From: Mobula hypostoma | Taxonomy: Eukaryota | DNA length: 64,000 nt | Direction: 5' to 3' | NCBI RefSeq assembly: GCF_963921235.1 | Contig: NC_086097.1 | Coordinates: 254,760,001 to 254,824,000, forward strand | Shown here: positions 13,026-25,219 of the stretch, in pieces | How the letters are laid out: every line of letters starts with the position of its first letter | Numbering within the stretch: the stretch's first letter is position 1 | Notes under the pieces: generated by a model | Told to the model about the DNA's origin: nothing | Databases searched by the model: none | Seen by the model: only the letters and a program-made list of their open reading frames with translations | Position numbers and translations under genes: made by a program

Positions 13026-14180
13026 GCGGGCGTGGGGAGCTGCTCCTCTGCCGGGCGGGTGTTGTGGAAAGGGCCTTTCCCCACCCATCGGGCGGGTGAG
13101 GGGAAAAGGGCCGTTCCCCACCCCCATCAGGTGGGCGGGAGGGGGTGTTCTGTATTTTTTTCTAAGAACATGAAATCGTGTTTCAGACAGCACGGGCTAT
13201 GCTGTATAACTGCCTTGTGAATAATTGAGCATGTTTTGTTCTAACCTTTACTGATAAAACTTAATTTTAAAAATTCGGCTGGCAATTTAGCATGGGTGTA
13301 TAGAAGTTCCGAGAAGATCAGTACTTCAGTACTGAGCACTATGGGTCGTGTAAAAGACGCGACAGTTGGGTAGTGTATTGTCTCCGCAGACGGTTTATTT
13401 TCAAATGTAGACGCACGCGATTATTACAAGACGAACCCTGTGGTTGCCACAGGAAACATCTCTCTGTTTCTGCTTGGTTAACGTGCCTGCAATGAAGAGG
13501 GAAATTCAAGGAGGATCAGATATCTCGCCCATAAAAATTTTTAAAAGCCCTACAACATTAGAGAGCGTTTCACTTCCCTGCAACAATTAACCAGCCGCCT
13601 CAGAAAACCCCTAAATGGGCACGGGATGTACATTAAACTTCAATCATCCTGGTGATGGCTGCAGAATGTTTCATGATATACAGTTGGAGACTGTGGCCTC
13701 ATTACTTGTAGAATTTTTAGGAGGGTTCCACAGCACGTTATTATTTTGAAGTGTCCATGCAAATAACTCAAATTCAAGTTTAATTGTCGTTCAACTGTAC
13801 ACATGTATACAGCTAAACGAAACAGCATTCCTCAAGGGCCAAACTGTAAAACACAGAGCCAATTGTCACACACAACACATATAGTCCATACAGTCACAAA
13901 ATAATGTTAGCACAAAGTTCCTGTGTGGCCTAGCCTGTGGACTAATGGTGCATGAGATGTTGTCCTGGATTCTGCAGGAACAAGCAGGCAGCAGTTGCTC
14001 ATCTTGCTCCGAAGTCAGCCGCAATTGAAGGCAATCCAGCCGGCCTTTCAGCTAGCTGACACTGGACAGCAGCGCCTGGGAGGGAGCTGGCAAGCAGGGG
14101 CCAGTTGCCAACCCTGCACGCCGGCCACTGTACATACACGCATGGTGGAAGCTCCATTGTGAAGCAACAACAGGCAAAAG

Positions 14181-14228
14181 CAAACACGAGAGATTCTGCA
14201 GATGCTGGAAATCCAGAGCCCCACACAT

Positions 14229-14293
<65 letters not shown>

Positions 14294-14415
14294 TGCGCAC
14301 ACACGCGCGCACACACGCACGCACAGTGCTGGAGGAACTCAGCAGGTCAGATAGCATCTATGGAAATGAATAAACATTCGGTGTTTCAGGATGAGGCCCT
14401 TCATCAGGTCTGGAA
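14181..14415 (-). mobile_element. Older PLE pLTR fragment containing an expanded (CA)n/(CG)n microsatellite
   Basis: GATTCTGCAGATGCTGGAAATCC...GTGCTGGAGGAACTCAGCAGGTCAG...CCCTTCATCAGG. Degenerate hammerhead CTGATGA...GAAAC. Confidence 0.7.
14222..14324. repeat. (CA)n microsatellite with CG interruptions
   Basis: Directly visible ACACAC run. Confidence 0.95.
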
Positions 14416-14961
14416 TGGAAATAGGAGCAGTCCTTGAACTTCACAAACTTCTCCACTATTCCTCCTGATAATGGGCTGGACGAATGCCAGTGATTACTGA
14501 CAGAACTGTCAGTTGGTTATTCTGGCCTCACGTGTAAATGGCAAGAGAGCACAATATCTGTCAAATTCCTCCATCAGCAACTTGTGTTGGAGTCCTGTCA
14601 TGCAGAAGCCACTCAACATTTATTCTGAAACAACTGGTCCTATGTCAGATTACACCTGCTCTCAATGAAACTTATCGAATGGTGAAAGACCTCGAGAGAG
14701 TGGATGTGGAGAGGATGATGATGGATCACTCTGTGGATGCAACAGAGAGTTGTTCTACAGAGATATGGATCTGTGACAAAGGATCAGTGTCGATCCCGTT
14801 CCACACACAGCTACCATCTGGGACTTCACAGCCCAGTCCTGGTCCCAATTCCTCTCTTCTCCCGTTGCCCACCTCACTATGTCAACCGAGAAACGAGACG
14901 AGATGAAGGAAAATCTGCTTTGGCATCATGCCCCTTAATTTAGGAAAAAGAAATGCAGAGA

Positions 14962-15420
14962 CCATAAGACCATGACACAGGAGTGAATTAGGCCATTCAG
15001 CCCATCGAGTCTGCCCTGCCATTTCATTACAGCTGATTTATTCTCTCTCTCACCCCATTCTCCTGTCTTTTCTCTGCAACCTTTGATAACCTGACTAATC
15101 AAAAACTTATCAACCTCCAGGTTTAAATAAATCCAATGATTTGGCTTCCACAGCCACCTGTGGCAATGAATTCCACAGATTCACCGCTCTCCAGTTAAAG
15201 AAATTCCTTCTCATCTCTGTTCTAAATAGATGTCCCTCTATTCTAAGTCTGTGCCCTCTGATCCTAGACTGCCCCACCACAAGAAACATCCACTCCACAT
15301 CTACTCTATCCAGGCCTTTCAATATCCGATAGGTTTCGTGAGATCCCCTTGCCCTCAGTCATCTAAACTCCAGTGAATACAAGCCCAGAGCTATCAAATG
15401 CTCCTCATACGTTAATCCTT
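14962..15420 (-). mobile_element. CR1 3' fragment
   Basis: MKGLDRVDVE...RTEMRRNFF...NLWNSLP. CCATAAGA tail. Confidence 0.85.
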
Positions 15421-16748
15421 AATTTAGGGAACAGAAATCTAACAAACTCAAATTCAGAATGAATCAGCCCTGTGGTGGTTACCATTGGTGGCAGAGGTTC
15501 TGGGAATCAATGTCACCAGAGTATGTACTTTCCACCTGACCTCCAATCCATGGGATGAGTATAGGGGTCCTGTGTCACGATCCACAAGACATAGGAGAAG
15601 AATTAGGCCATTCAGCCCATCGATTCTGCTCCATCATGGCTGATTTATTGCCCCTCTCAATCTCATTCTCCAGTCTCCTCACGACAATCTTTGACAAGCT
15701 GACTAATTCTGTGAAATATTACGAATTCTCGCTGTCATTCTCTCACTCTCTCAAATTGTACACTTCCCAATCCCTGTGGAGCCACAACACATGGACTGAC
15801 AAACCCAGCAAAACATGCCCAAACATGTGTCAAAAATACTCACATTTGCACATCTGTTGCTTTTGTGGTGATGCAAATGAAATAGTTTCAGGAAATAGCA
15901 TCATTTACATTTTAATTGCTTGGCCAAGTTTATAAAGTCATTTAAACAGAGCGCTTGTTTTGAACGTGAATTCATAGCAAAATACGTACACTTCAACTTC
16001 GCGAGGACTAATTCTGAAATTAGTCTGCGAAACTGAGGACGTGTTTTGGCAAAAATCAGCTAAGCGTTTGAAATTCTCTGCAAAATGTCAGCACTCCGTG
16101 GCACAAACTGAAAAATGTATTTTGACTTTTCGTTACTTTAAAGATGCGGTCAGGAATTTGAGACATTTGAAAGGTTATTGTAATTATGTAGAATGAATAC
16201 AATAAACCCTGTTTACAGTTGGACGAATTTATGAAGTGCAGGACCACACGGTGCAGCCACCGATATCCACAGGCCAGACTCACAATGACATTCAATCTGA
16301 GGACTTAACGGTCACAACACCCCTTTACCAAGAGTCAGTCATTATCTGTGTACGTAACTGCAATAAGCCATCGCCCCCGTTTCTATAGTGAACTATCCAA
16401 TGCTCAGTACGCCTAGATTCGAGATTGTTTAATGTCATTTCCACTACACAAGAGTAAGGAGAAAGAAATATTGTTACTCTGGATCCGATGCAGGACAAAA
16501 AATATGTAGATACATAAGAGTTTATATAGTTAAGCACAAGAAACAGTTAATTAAATAACACATGCATGACATGTACTTTGGGGAGGAAAATAAACATTCT
16601 CCAAGTTTCCCTATTTATAGGTACATTAGGCTTGGTTACTAAAGTGGATTTTCTCATTGTTTTAAATGAACGGTACACAGGGCAGCAGGGTTACAGTGAG
16701 TGACAAGCGAGTCTCAGGAGTCTCTGGTGACAAAGTTAGTCTACTCAC

Positions 16749-16810
16749 ACTGTTCGCCGTCCACCTCTGCTCCCTCAGCCGTTTCGCTGCTTTACGCCGT
16801 GACTGTAACA
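16749..16810 (-). other. Candidate exon (or 3' part of a first exon) of an unidentified leftward transcript
   Basis: On minus: TTTTTGCAG | 62 nt CpG-rich | GTGAGT. Reads LQSRRKAAKRLREQRWTANS in one frame. No homology recognised. Confidence 0.35.
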
Positions 16811-16839
16811 CTGCAAAAACTCCCCAAATGAATCTGCAT

Positions 16840-16960
16840 TTGTCCCGGGACGGATGTTGCAACTTCTTGTTATCTTTCAAGTGTAGGTGACGTATGGCTC
16901 TCCCGCCTCGGCGCGCCCCAGGTCCTAGTGCCTGCCGTAAACTACAGTCTCCTTCGAGAA
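16840..16960. promoter_or_regulatory. Small CpG-rich promoter-like patch
   Basis: CCCGCCTCGGCGCGCCCC, TGACGTA (CRE-like) and ACTACAGTCTCC (resembles the ACTACAnnTCCC ZNF143/THAP11 motif) in non-repeat DNA. Confidence 0.3.
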
Positions 16961-17713
16961 TCAGGTGTAATGTCGTGCCATTTGTTACTTCGCGGCAGCA
17001 GTACATAACAATGAAAACTATAAATTACAATATAAAAAAGAAAACTAAATTAAATGAGTAGTGCCAAGAGAGAGGGAAAAAAGAATGAGGTAGTGTGCAT
17101 TCAGATATCAGATGGCAGAGAGGAAGAAGACGTTTCTGTAAAGTTGACTGTGTGTCTTCAAGCCCCTGTACCTTCTCCTTCACTCAGGAAAAACAAACAT
17201 TCAAGTTCAAGTTAATAGTCATTCAGCAATACATATGAATACAGCCAAAACAACGACATAGCTTCTGGGCCAAGGTGTAAAACACAGTACCAGTCAACAC
17301 TAGAGCAGAAAAGCAGACAATCACAAAAAGACTGGACAGGCATGGCCTGCAGATTGGTGGAACATGGGATGTTATCATGAAGCCACATTTCCATAAAAGC
17401 AAGCACACAGCAGTTCCTCATCTCATGCCAGTGCAGCTGCAAACGTAGGCAATTCACCCTGTCTTCCGTCAAGCAGACACTGCAGGGCAGCATCAATGGA
17501 AAGGGCCAGCACTCAACCCAACACAAACTACAGAACACCCCACCGCATTGATGCACTGTCCCACACTGCCTCCAGCGTCTCCTCCTGCGGACAATTGTAA
17601 TAGGTGATCCCGAGGCACAAGGGCCTGGTCCATGGAACAGTCAATGCAACACGAGCTGCTGGCCATTAGTCTCTCCAATGAACCAGTCAACCAGACTTGC
17701 AGTATTCTACATT

Positions 17714-19316
17714 ACCATAGGAGCAGAATTAGGCCATTCAGCGCATCGAGTCTGTTCCACCAGTCCATCATGGCTGATCCCGGAGTCCACTAAAAACCAT
17801 ATGACTGCCTTCCCGCCATATCCTTTGATGCCCTGACTGATCAGGAAATGATCAACTTCCATCTTCAGTATACCCACAGACTTGGCGTCCATCGCCAGAA
17901 GCAGAGCATTCCACAGATTTATTACTCTCTGACTAAAGAAATTCCTCCTTCCCTCGGTTCTAAAGGACCACCCCTCAAAATTGAGACTGTGCATTCTAGT
18001 TCTGGATACTCCCACCATAGGAAACATCCTCTCCACACTTACCCTATCTAGTCCTTTCAGCATTCAGTAAGCTTCAATGAGATCCCCCTGCATTCTTCTA
18101 AATTCCAGTGAGATAAGGCCCAAAGCTGCCAAACACTCGTCATATGTTAACCCCTCCATTCCCGGAATAATCCTCATGAACCTCCTCTGGATTCTCTCCA
18201 ACGACAACACATCCTTTCTGAGATATGGGGCCAAAAACTGTTGCCAATACTCAAGTGCGGCCTGACTAGTGCCTTATAAAGGCTCAGCATTATCTCCTTG
18301 CTTTTATAGAAACATAGAAAATCTACAGCACAATGCTCTGCCGAACATGTACTTACTTTAGAAATTACCCAGGGTTACACATAGTCCTCTATTTTTCTAA
18401 GCTCCATGTACCTGTCCAAGAGTCTCTTAAAAGACCCTATTGTATCCACCTCACCAGTCACCGGCAGCCTATTCCATGCACTCACCACTCTCTGTGTAAA
18501 AACTTACCCCTGACATCGCCTCTGTACCTACTCCCCAGCACCTTAAACCTGTGTCCCCTCGTATTAGCCATTTCATCCCTGGGGAAAAAGCCTCTGACTA
18601 TCCACACTATCAATACCTCTCATCATCTTATACACCTCTATCAGGTCACCTCTCATTCTTCACCGCTCCAAGCAGAAAAGGCCGAGTTCACTCAACCTAT
18701 TCTCATAAGGCATGCTCCCCAATCCAGGCAACATCCTTGTAAATCTCCTCTGCACCCTTTCTATGGTTTCCACATCCTTCCTGCGGTGAGGTGACCAGAA
18801 CTGAGCACAGTACTCCAAGTGGGGTCTGACCAGGATCCTATATAGTTGTAACATTACCTCTAAGCTCTTAATTTCAATTCCATGATTCATGAAGGCCAAT
18901 GCACCGTATGCCTTCTTAACCACAGAGTCAACCTCTGCAGCTGCTTTGAGTGTCCTATGGACTCAGACCCCAAGATCCCTCTGATCCTCCACTCTGCCAA
19001 GAGTCTTACCATTAATACAGTATTCTGCCGTCATATTTGACCTACCAAAATGAACCACCTCTCACTTCTCTGGGTTAAACTCCATCTGCCACTTCTCAGC
19101 ATCCTATTGATGTCCTGCTGTAATATTTGACAGCCCTCCACATTATCCAAAACATTTGTGTCATCAGCAAATTTACTAACCCATCCCTTCACTTCCTCAT
19201 CCAGGTCGTTTATAAAAATCACAAAGAGAAGGGGTCCCAGAACAGATCCCTGAGGCACACCACTGGTGACCGTCCTCCATGCTGAATATGACCCGTCTAC
19301 AACCACTCTTTGCCTT
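17714..19316 (-). mobile_element. Two adjacent CR1 3' fragments (~17714..18305 and ~18306..19316)
   Basis: RT motifs [21 protein letters not shown] and LVRPHLEYCAQFWSP. Two separate 3' tails. Confidence 0.85.
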
Positions 19317-20053
19317 CAGTTAAGATTCATAAATATAATTCCTTTAATCGTATACAGTGTGCTGTCTGTTATTTTGTGGCATTAATTTGTAACAGAGTAG
19401 CAAATGGCACAGCATCCACACAAACCGGGGTTTGGGGTGGGATCAAGCACACTTCAGTCTCATGAGTTTGGCCTGGCCGAAGGTTATCTTCCCTAGACTT
19501 ACGCAGCCAAGGAGACCGGGGTGTTGAACTCACAAGGTTACTGCCCTTGAGGTCCTGCCTCTCAGCTTCCTTCCTAACCCCCTATACTCTTTTCTCTGAA
19601 CCTCCTCCCTTCTTTACCTATGTCATTGGTACTAATATGTGCCAGGACTTCTGACTGCTCACCCTCCCTTTTCAGGATATTCTGGCCGCCTTGAGAAATG
19701 TTGCGGACCCCGGCACGTGGGAGGCAAACTACCTCCATGTTTCCTTCACCACCCCCCACCCCCAACAGTACTCAAAATGGAGTACTTATTGTTCAGGAGG
19801 ATGACCACAGGGGTGCTCTCCACTATCTGACATTTCCCCTTCCTCCTTTTACACTTCAATTGAATTAAACATCTTCAAAGGAAATTATCTCTAGCAAAAT
19901 ACTTATTGGGATAGTTGTCCTATCAATTTCATTTGATAACATTTAAGGGTGGTAGTGAGATATCTCAAGTCTAGTATGAGGTCCTCTGAAGGAGTTGTCT
20001 ATTGGTGGGTCCTCAGATGGCCAATCTGAGATCCAATATTCTGGTGCAGTGTA

Positions 20054-21620
20054 CAGTGGTGCTAGAAAGTTGGTCAACCCTGTAGAATTTTCTCTATTTC
20101 TGCTTGAATATGACCAGATGTGATCAGATCTTCATGTAAGTCCTAAACTTAGATAAAAAGAACCCTACTGAATATAACACAAAAACCATTAACTTGTTTA
20201 TTCATTTATTAAGAAAAATCATCCATGTATTTGTTGGAAAAAGTATGTGAGTCTCTGGGGTAATGCCTTCTACAAAAGCTATTTGGAGTCAGGTGTTCCA
20301 ATCAAGGAGATGAGATTGGAGGTGTGGACTGTAGATGTGCCCTGCCCTATAAATAAACACACCAAGTCAGGTTACTCTCAGAGCCTGCTTTTCTCAAGAA
20401 AGATCTGTTTATGTGCATCATGCCCCAATCGGAACAACTTTCAGAAGATCTTCGAAGAAGATTTGTAGAGATGCATGAAGCTGGGAAATGGTCAAAAGCA
20501 TTTCTAAAGAACTGAGTGTTCATTAGTAAAAGAAGTAGTCTACAAATGAAGCAAACTCAGAGGACAGGGCATCCTGCAAGGATCATACCAAGAGCACTAC
20601 GTGTAATGCTGAAGGAAGTGAAGGAGAACCCATGGGTAATGACAAGAGACATGCAGAAATCTCCAGAACTTGTTAAAGTGTCTGTTCATATGACCATTAT
20701 AAGCAAAACACTGAACAAGAAGGGCACCATGGAGGAAATCACTGCTCTCCTAAAAAACATTGCTGCATGTGTCAAGTTTGCAAAAGACCACCTGGATGTT
20801 CTACAATGCTTCTGGGACAACGTTCTGTGGAAAGATGAGAGAAATGAGACCGAAATGTATATTGCTATGTTTGGATGAAAAGGGGCACTACACACCAACA
20901 CCAAACCCTCATCCCAACCGTGAAGCCTCGTGGAAGGAGCATCATGGTTTGTGGCTGTTTTCTGCCTCAGGGCCTGGACAGTTTGCAATCAATGAGGGAG
21001 AAATGTATTCAAAATTGTATCAACATTTTTTCAGGAGAATGTCAGGGTAGCTGTCCTTCACCTGAAGCTTAATAGAAGTTGGATAATTCAACAAGACAAT
21101 GATTTGAAAGACAAGAGTAAATCAACAACAGAATGATTTAAAAAGAAGAAAATTTCATGTTTTGGAATGGCCGAGTCACAGTCCTGACCTAATCCTATAG
21201 AAATGTTGTGGAGGTCCTGAAGCAAGCAGTTCATGCAAGGAGGCCCACCAACATCCCAGAGTTGAAGCAGTTTTGTAAAGTCATATCACCTAAATTTCCT
21301 CAAAGCCAAGGTGCAGAACTGATCAACAGTTACCGGAAACATTTGACTGAAGGTATTGCTGTACAAGGGGATCACACCAGTTACTGAAAGCAAAGGTTCA
21401 CAAACTAATTTTTGACAAATACATGTAATATTGGATCATTTTACTGAATAAATAAATGAACAAGTAAAATTTATTTTGTTATTTATTTAACTGAGTTCAC
21501 TTTATCTAGTTTTAGGTGTTTCAGTTTCAGTTTCAGGTGAAGACCTGACAATGTTTTAGGTCATATTTATGCAGAAAGAGAGAAAATTATACAGGGTTCA
21601 TAGACTCTCTCGCACCACTG
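20054..21620 (+). mobile_element. Full-length Tc1-family DNA transposon (defective)
   Basis: TA|CAGTGGTGC...GCACCACTG|TA. TA target duplication and long (~200 bp) imperfect TIRs. Length 1567 bp. Confidence 0.92.
20420..21387 (+). pseudogene. Frameshifted Tc1 transposase
   Basis: MPQSEQLSEDLRRR start, VLWKDE, PTVKPRGRSIMVCGCF, QQDND and a frameshifted SPDLNPIE (DDE motifs). Confidence 0.88.
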
Positions 21621-24114
21621 TAAGTGGTAGCTGCAGTTAGTGGTTGGGTCTTTCAGGTAGGAAAATCTCCAATATGTTATAAATATTTTTAATAAATATT
21701 ATGTAAGAGTATTTCGGCTTTCGTTAGTCGGGGATTGAATTCAATTGTCACATGATAATGTTGCAGCTCCAGTAAACCCTGGTTAAATCACCGTGTATGA
21801 ATACTGTTTTTTGTAGTATTTAAACAAACGTGGCTAAGTCGCTTTTCTTGTGATCACAAAACCTTGTTGGACATTGTTAAGGTGGAATGCTGCAAGTCTG
21901 ATTCACTGGTTTATAGGCAGACGGCAGGGGCAGATGGCAGGGGAGCTGCATGTCCTCGGCTGTTGCAAGGACTAAGCCTCAAGATGTGGTGTTTGCAACC
22001 ACCCAGGAGAGAGGTGTTGGAGTCGGTGCTGCCCCCTGGCATTTGACTGCAGACCACTGCATCATTCATGGCCCTGGGACCTGGACTATATTTTCCTGTG
22101 TGACTGTATTTTACAGATGCCTTGTGCCGTGTCTGACTGTTGGTATTGTGTTTTGCACCTTGACCTCGGAGAAACACTATTTCATTTGGATGTATTCATG
22201 ACTGTTCATGTATGGTTGAATGACAATTAAAACTGAACGATTTAATAAACCTCTGTGAAGTGCAGGCTTAAGCAAGAATATAGCCAGAGTAATGATTACT
22301 CAGAATCATTCACCTTGTTTCTCTACAGTTGCTGCCTCAAATACTGATGATTTCCACGAGTTTCTGGTTTTACTCCTTCTAATTTGAATTACATTGCAGT
22401 TACTCATAGCAAGCGAAGATTTTTCTACTTTCGGTTGCTTGCCAGAATCTAATGTTTTAAGAATAAGGCAGTCACTAAAAAATGCACCAAGAATCCAGTA
22501 GAAACTTCAAAGTTCAAAGTTCAAAGGAAATTTATTATCAAAGTACATATAGGTCACCAAATACAACCCTGAGATTCATTTTCTTGTGGGCATTCTCAAT
22601 ATAATCAATAACGACAATAAAATCAATGAAAAACTGCACCAGCAGGGCGGACAACCAGCATGCAAAAGACAACAAACTGTAGAAAGTTTTTGACAAGAAG
22701 GGGCCATTCAGTCCAACAAAGCTTGCCAAATTCCTATTCAAATAATGTGTTGAAATAACTATCGAGTTTAGCTTTGGAATTCCCTAAGGTAGTACTCTCA
22801 TTTTCATTTTCATTTTTAAATCTTTTTTATTAATTATTATTGAAAATCAACAACAGAGAAAAATACATCAAAATAATCAAGACAACATATCAATCTGTAT
22901 AATAAGAGTTAATCTATCAACCAAGCTAAACAGTATATCAATAATAAGAAGAAAAAAAACAAAATGTTAAAGCTATTTTTTTGGAAAAAAGAAAGAAGGA
23001 AAAAAGAACCTTGACTAACTAAAACAAATAAAACCCCTAATAACAAAAAAAAACAGGGAAAAAACCCATTTGGAGCGCAAACCCGGAGCTATACGCCATA
23101 CAAGCTTCCATTAAAAAAAATCAATCTGCCAACCAAGTAGTCTAAAACTACATAACGAGGCAGCTTCTCCATGTGTCCATAACTTGGTGTGTAATGAGAA
23201 ATATAGAGAACATGAGTTGAAAGAGGCCTGGAAAGTGAGTGTATGTGTTGTGGAAACTGTTCAGTGATGGATCGAGTGAAGTTACCTCCTCTGGTTTAAG
23301 AGCCTGATGATTCTTCCTTACCCAGAGAACAGCTAGTAAAATGTAATTAATGTCATAAGACCATAAGAACAGAATTAGGCCACTCGGTCCATTGAGTCTG
23401 CTCCACCATTCCATCATGGCTGATTTACTATCCCTCTCAACCCTGTTCTCCTGCCTTCTCCCTGTAACCTTTGACACCCTGACTAACCAAGAACCTATCA
23501 CTCTCCGCTTTAAATATACCCATCTAGGCCTGCACAGCCGTCTGTGGCAATGAATTCCACAGATTCAACACCCTCTGGCTGAAGAAATTGCTCCTCATCT
23601 CTGTTCTAAATAGATTTCTCTCTATTCTGAGGCTGTGCCCTCTGTTCCCACTCAGTGAAATCTCATCACCAAAATAAATTGAGGGTTTCTTCAGTCCAAA
23701 CACAATTAACCATGAAGATAAATCATGTACTAAGGTACTAAGGTTTTTTGTCTATGTTACCTGCCTCAAAAATCAGGACTGACAGCTCTACCCTTCACAA
23801 CTCAAGCACGTGAAGATCAGCCTGTAAGACAGCGGGAGAGATTAAAAAGCAAGCAGACTGAGAAGGGGCAGTTATTTCTTCAGCAGTTTGAACGGGGCAC
23901 GACTGCGCAAGCACGTGAAGGTTGGTCTGTGAGACAGCGGGAGAGTTTAAAAAGCGAGCAGATTAATGGAGAGGGCGACGGAATAGTGGGAGACAGAGTA
24001 GGAAGGCTTTGGCTTGAGAGGCTTTGGCGAGCAGAGGCTGAGGACGAGCTTGCTCCCAGTGAGATAAGACCCGGTAAGTTCCCTTAATTACTCTAATTAA
24101 CTTAAGAGTAGGTA

Positions 24115-25045
24115 ATGGAGGCAGCAGTTAGGGCAGTTGAGTGCTCCATTTGCAGGATGTGGGGAGTCAGGGCAAGCACAATTGTCCCTGACGACCACAC
24201 CTGTAAAAGGCGTATCCAGCCGCAGCTCCCGACAAACTGAGTTAGGGAACTGGAGCTGGCTGAACTTTGGATCATTCAGGAGGGAGAGACAGAAATAGAG
24301 AGGAATTTCAGGGAGAGAGACACCCTTAAAAGTCAGGAGACATGTAACTGGGTGACTGTCAGGAGAGGGAAGGGGAATAGACAGAATGAGCAGAGAACCC
24401 CTGTGGCCATTCCCATCAACAATAAGTATACTGTTTTGGATACTGTTGGTGGGGACGACCTACCAGGGACAAGTTTCAGTGGTTGCGTTTCTGGCACCGA
24501 GACTGGACCCTCAGCTCAGAAGGGAAGGAGGGAAAAGAGGAGAGCAGTAGTGATAGGGGACTTGATAGTCAGGGGGACAGATATGAGGTTCTGTGGAGGA
24601 GATCGAGAATCCCGGATGGTCTGTTGCCTCCCTTGTGCCAGGGTCTGCGATATCTCGGATCGAGTTCTCAGTATAGAGGGAGGGTGAGCAGCCAGATGTT
24701 GTGGTCCATGTAGGGACCAATGACGTGGACAGGAAGAAGGAGGAGGTCCTGCAAAGAGAGTTTAGGGAGTTAGGTGCAAAGCTGAAGGACAGGACCTCCA
24801 GGGTTGCAATCTCAGGATTGCTACCCGTGCCACGTGCTAGTGAGGCTAGAAATAGGAAGATAATGCAGCTAAATATGTGGCTAAGGAGTTGGTGCAGGAG
24901 GGAGGGCTTCATGTTTCTGGACAATTGGGCCTTGTTCCAGGGAAGGTGGGACCTGTTCCGATGGGACGGGTTGCACCTGAACTGGAGGGGGAGTAACATC
25001 CTTGCAGGAAGGTTTGCCAGTGCTGCTCTGGGGGGTTTAAACTAG
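24115..25045 (+). pseudogene. CR1 ORF1 (Cys-rich zinc-finger-like N-terminus + SGNH esterase), interrupted
   Basis: MEAAVRAVECSICRMW..., VVIGDLIVRG, VHVGTND, DGLHLN. Internal stop and frameshift. Confidence 0.85.
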
Positions 25046-25219
25046 ATTTGCAGGGGGAGGGGAACCAGAGTGTTAGAGCAGATAGTGAGGTGGAGGAGGA
25101 TAAAGATCATGCGAGAACTGCAAGTATAGTGCATGGAGTAAAGCCAGATCTAACATATAAAGAGGTTTTGAGGAGAGAGAAGCAGAATAAAGGGTGTAAA
25201 GGCAGTAAGGTAGAAGGCT

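Noticed and set aside
13999..14437. Cys/Val- and His/Thr-rich ORFs
   Set aside because: These are translations of the (CA)n microsatellite.
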